A stretch of 64,000 nucleotides of DNA, taken from contig NC_043013.1 in the NCBI RefSeq assembly GCF_006345805.1, forward strand, positions 27,652,001 to 27,716,000, written 5' to 3'. The first letter of the stretch is position 1; each line of letters begins with the position of its first letter. A model generated the notes under the pieces. That model worked only from the letters and a program-made list of their open reading frames with translations, did no database searches and had not been told where the DNA came from. This document shows, piece after piece, positions 63,462 to 64,000 of the stretch. Both the position numbers and the translations under genes were made by a program. The stretch comes from Octopus sinensis. Its lineage: Eukaryota.

Positions 63462-63546
63462 CAACAATATCTCCACCAGCACAAAACGCTTTGCCACCAG
63501 CTCCTTTCATAATTACCATTGAAATGGATCCATCTTTCTCCCATTC
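63462..63546 (-). CDS. HIBCH: HIBCH exon ([28 protein letters not shown])
   Basis: [14 protein letters not shown] motif, TTCCAG acceptor, GTGTGT donor. Confidence 0.95.
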
Positions 63547-64000
63547 CTGGAAAATAAGATAAAAATAAATATTGTAATATTCAGTGACCCATAAATAAGG
63601 TGGAATTTAAATATGTTTCTATATTTGAATACCTTACGCACTTATGAGAGACACATGGTGTTTGGAAGCTGGGTGTATTTCAGGATTTCTTGGTATTTTA
63701 GGCATGCCAGGAGCAAACAGTTCTAACAGGCTATCATTCTATTGTATTGAGAGAGAAAGTCATAAACTATTCAATATTTTGAAATCTGGGATAAGTTCCA
63801 GTACACCACAATACTTAGTAAAGTGGCCATGACCATCACCACCACCAACAATCACTACCACCATCACCACTACTGTCTCCACCACCATTGCCACCACCGC
63901 CACCTCCACCGACAACACCATAATCTAAATACTAAATTTTCCATGCTGGCATGGATCGGAGTGGTCTTTTAAGACCTGGTTTAAAATGCTACTATGCTTG

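Overview
AT-rich, repeat-dense animal genomic DNA. It is most likely an octopus, inferred from the SINE families and the (TA)/(TG)/(CAT) microsatellite load, not from a database search. Three spliced genes can be reconstructed by hand from GT-AG boundaries with consistent intron phases: (1) the first coding exon of a KDELC/POGLUT2-3-like ER glycosyltransferase (- strand, ~11 kb); (2) a complete 13-coding-exon BANP/SMAR1 BEN-domain gene (+ strand, 23944-43258, about 561 aa), arranged head-to-head with KDELC across a CpG-richer candidate promoter; (3) the last nine coding exons of HIBCH (- strand, 52017-63546), convergent with BANP. The remaining DNA is mostly decayed mobile elements: a Ty3/Gypsy element with an intact 3' LTR and PPT, a Penelope-like fragment (RT thumb plus GIY-YIG), CR1 and RTE LINE pieces, two mariners, hAT-, mariner- and piggyBac-like MITEs, and many SINEs. 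The most unusual signals are degenerate hammerhead-ribozyme-like cores (one at the Penelope 3' end, others inside long foldback palindromes around the last BANP exon), three kappaB-consensus decamers at exact 25-bp spacing across the HIBCH stop codon, a 24-nt BANP microexon, and an R->W change in the BEN domain. No clearly new biological system is established from the sequence alone.
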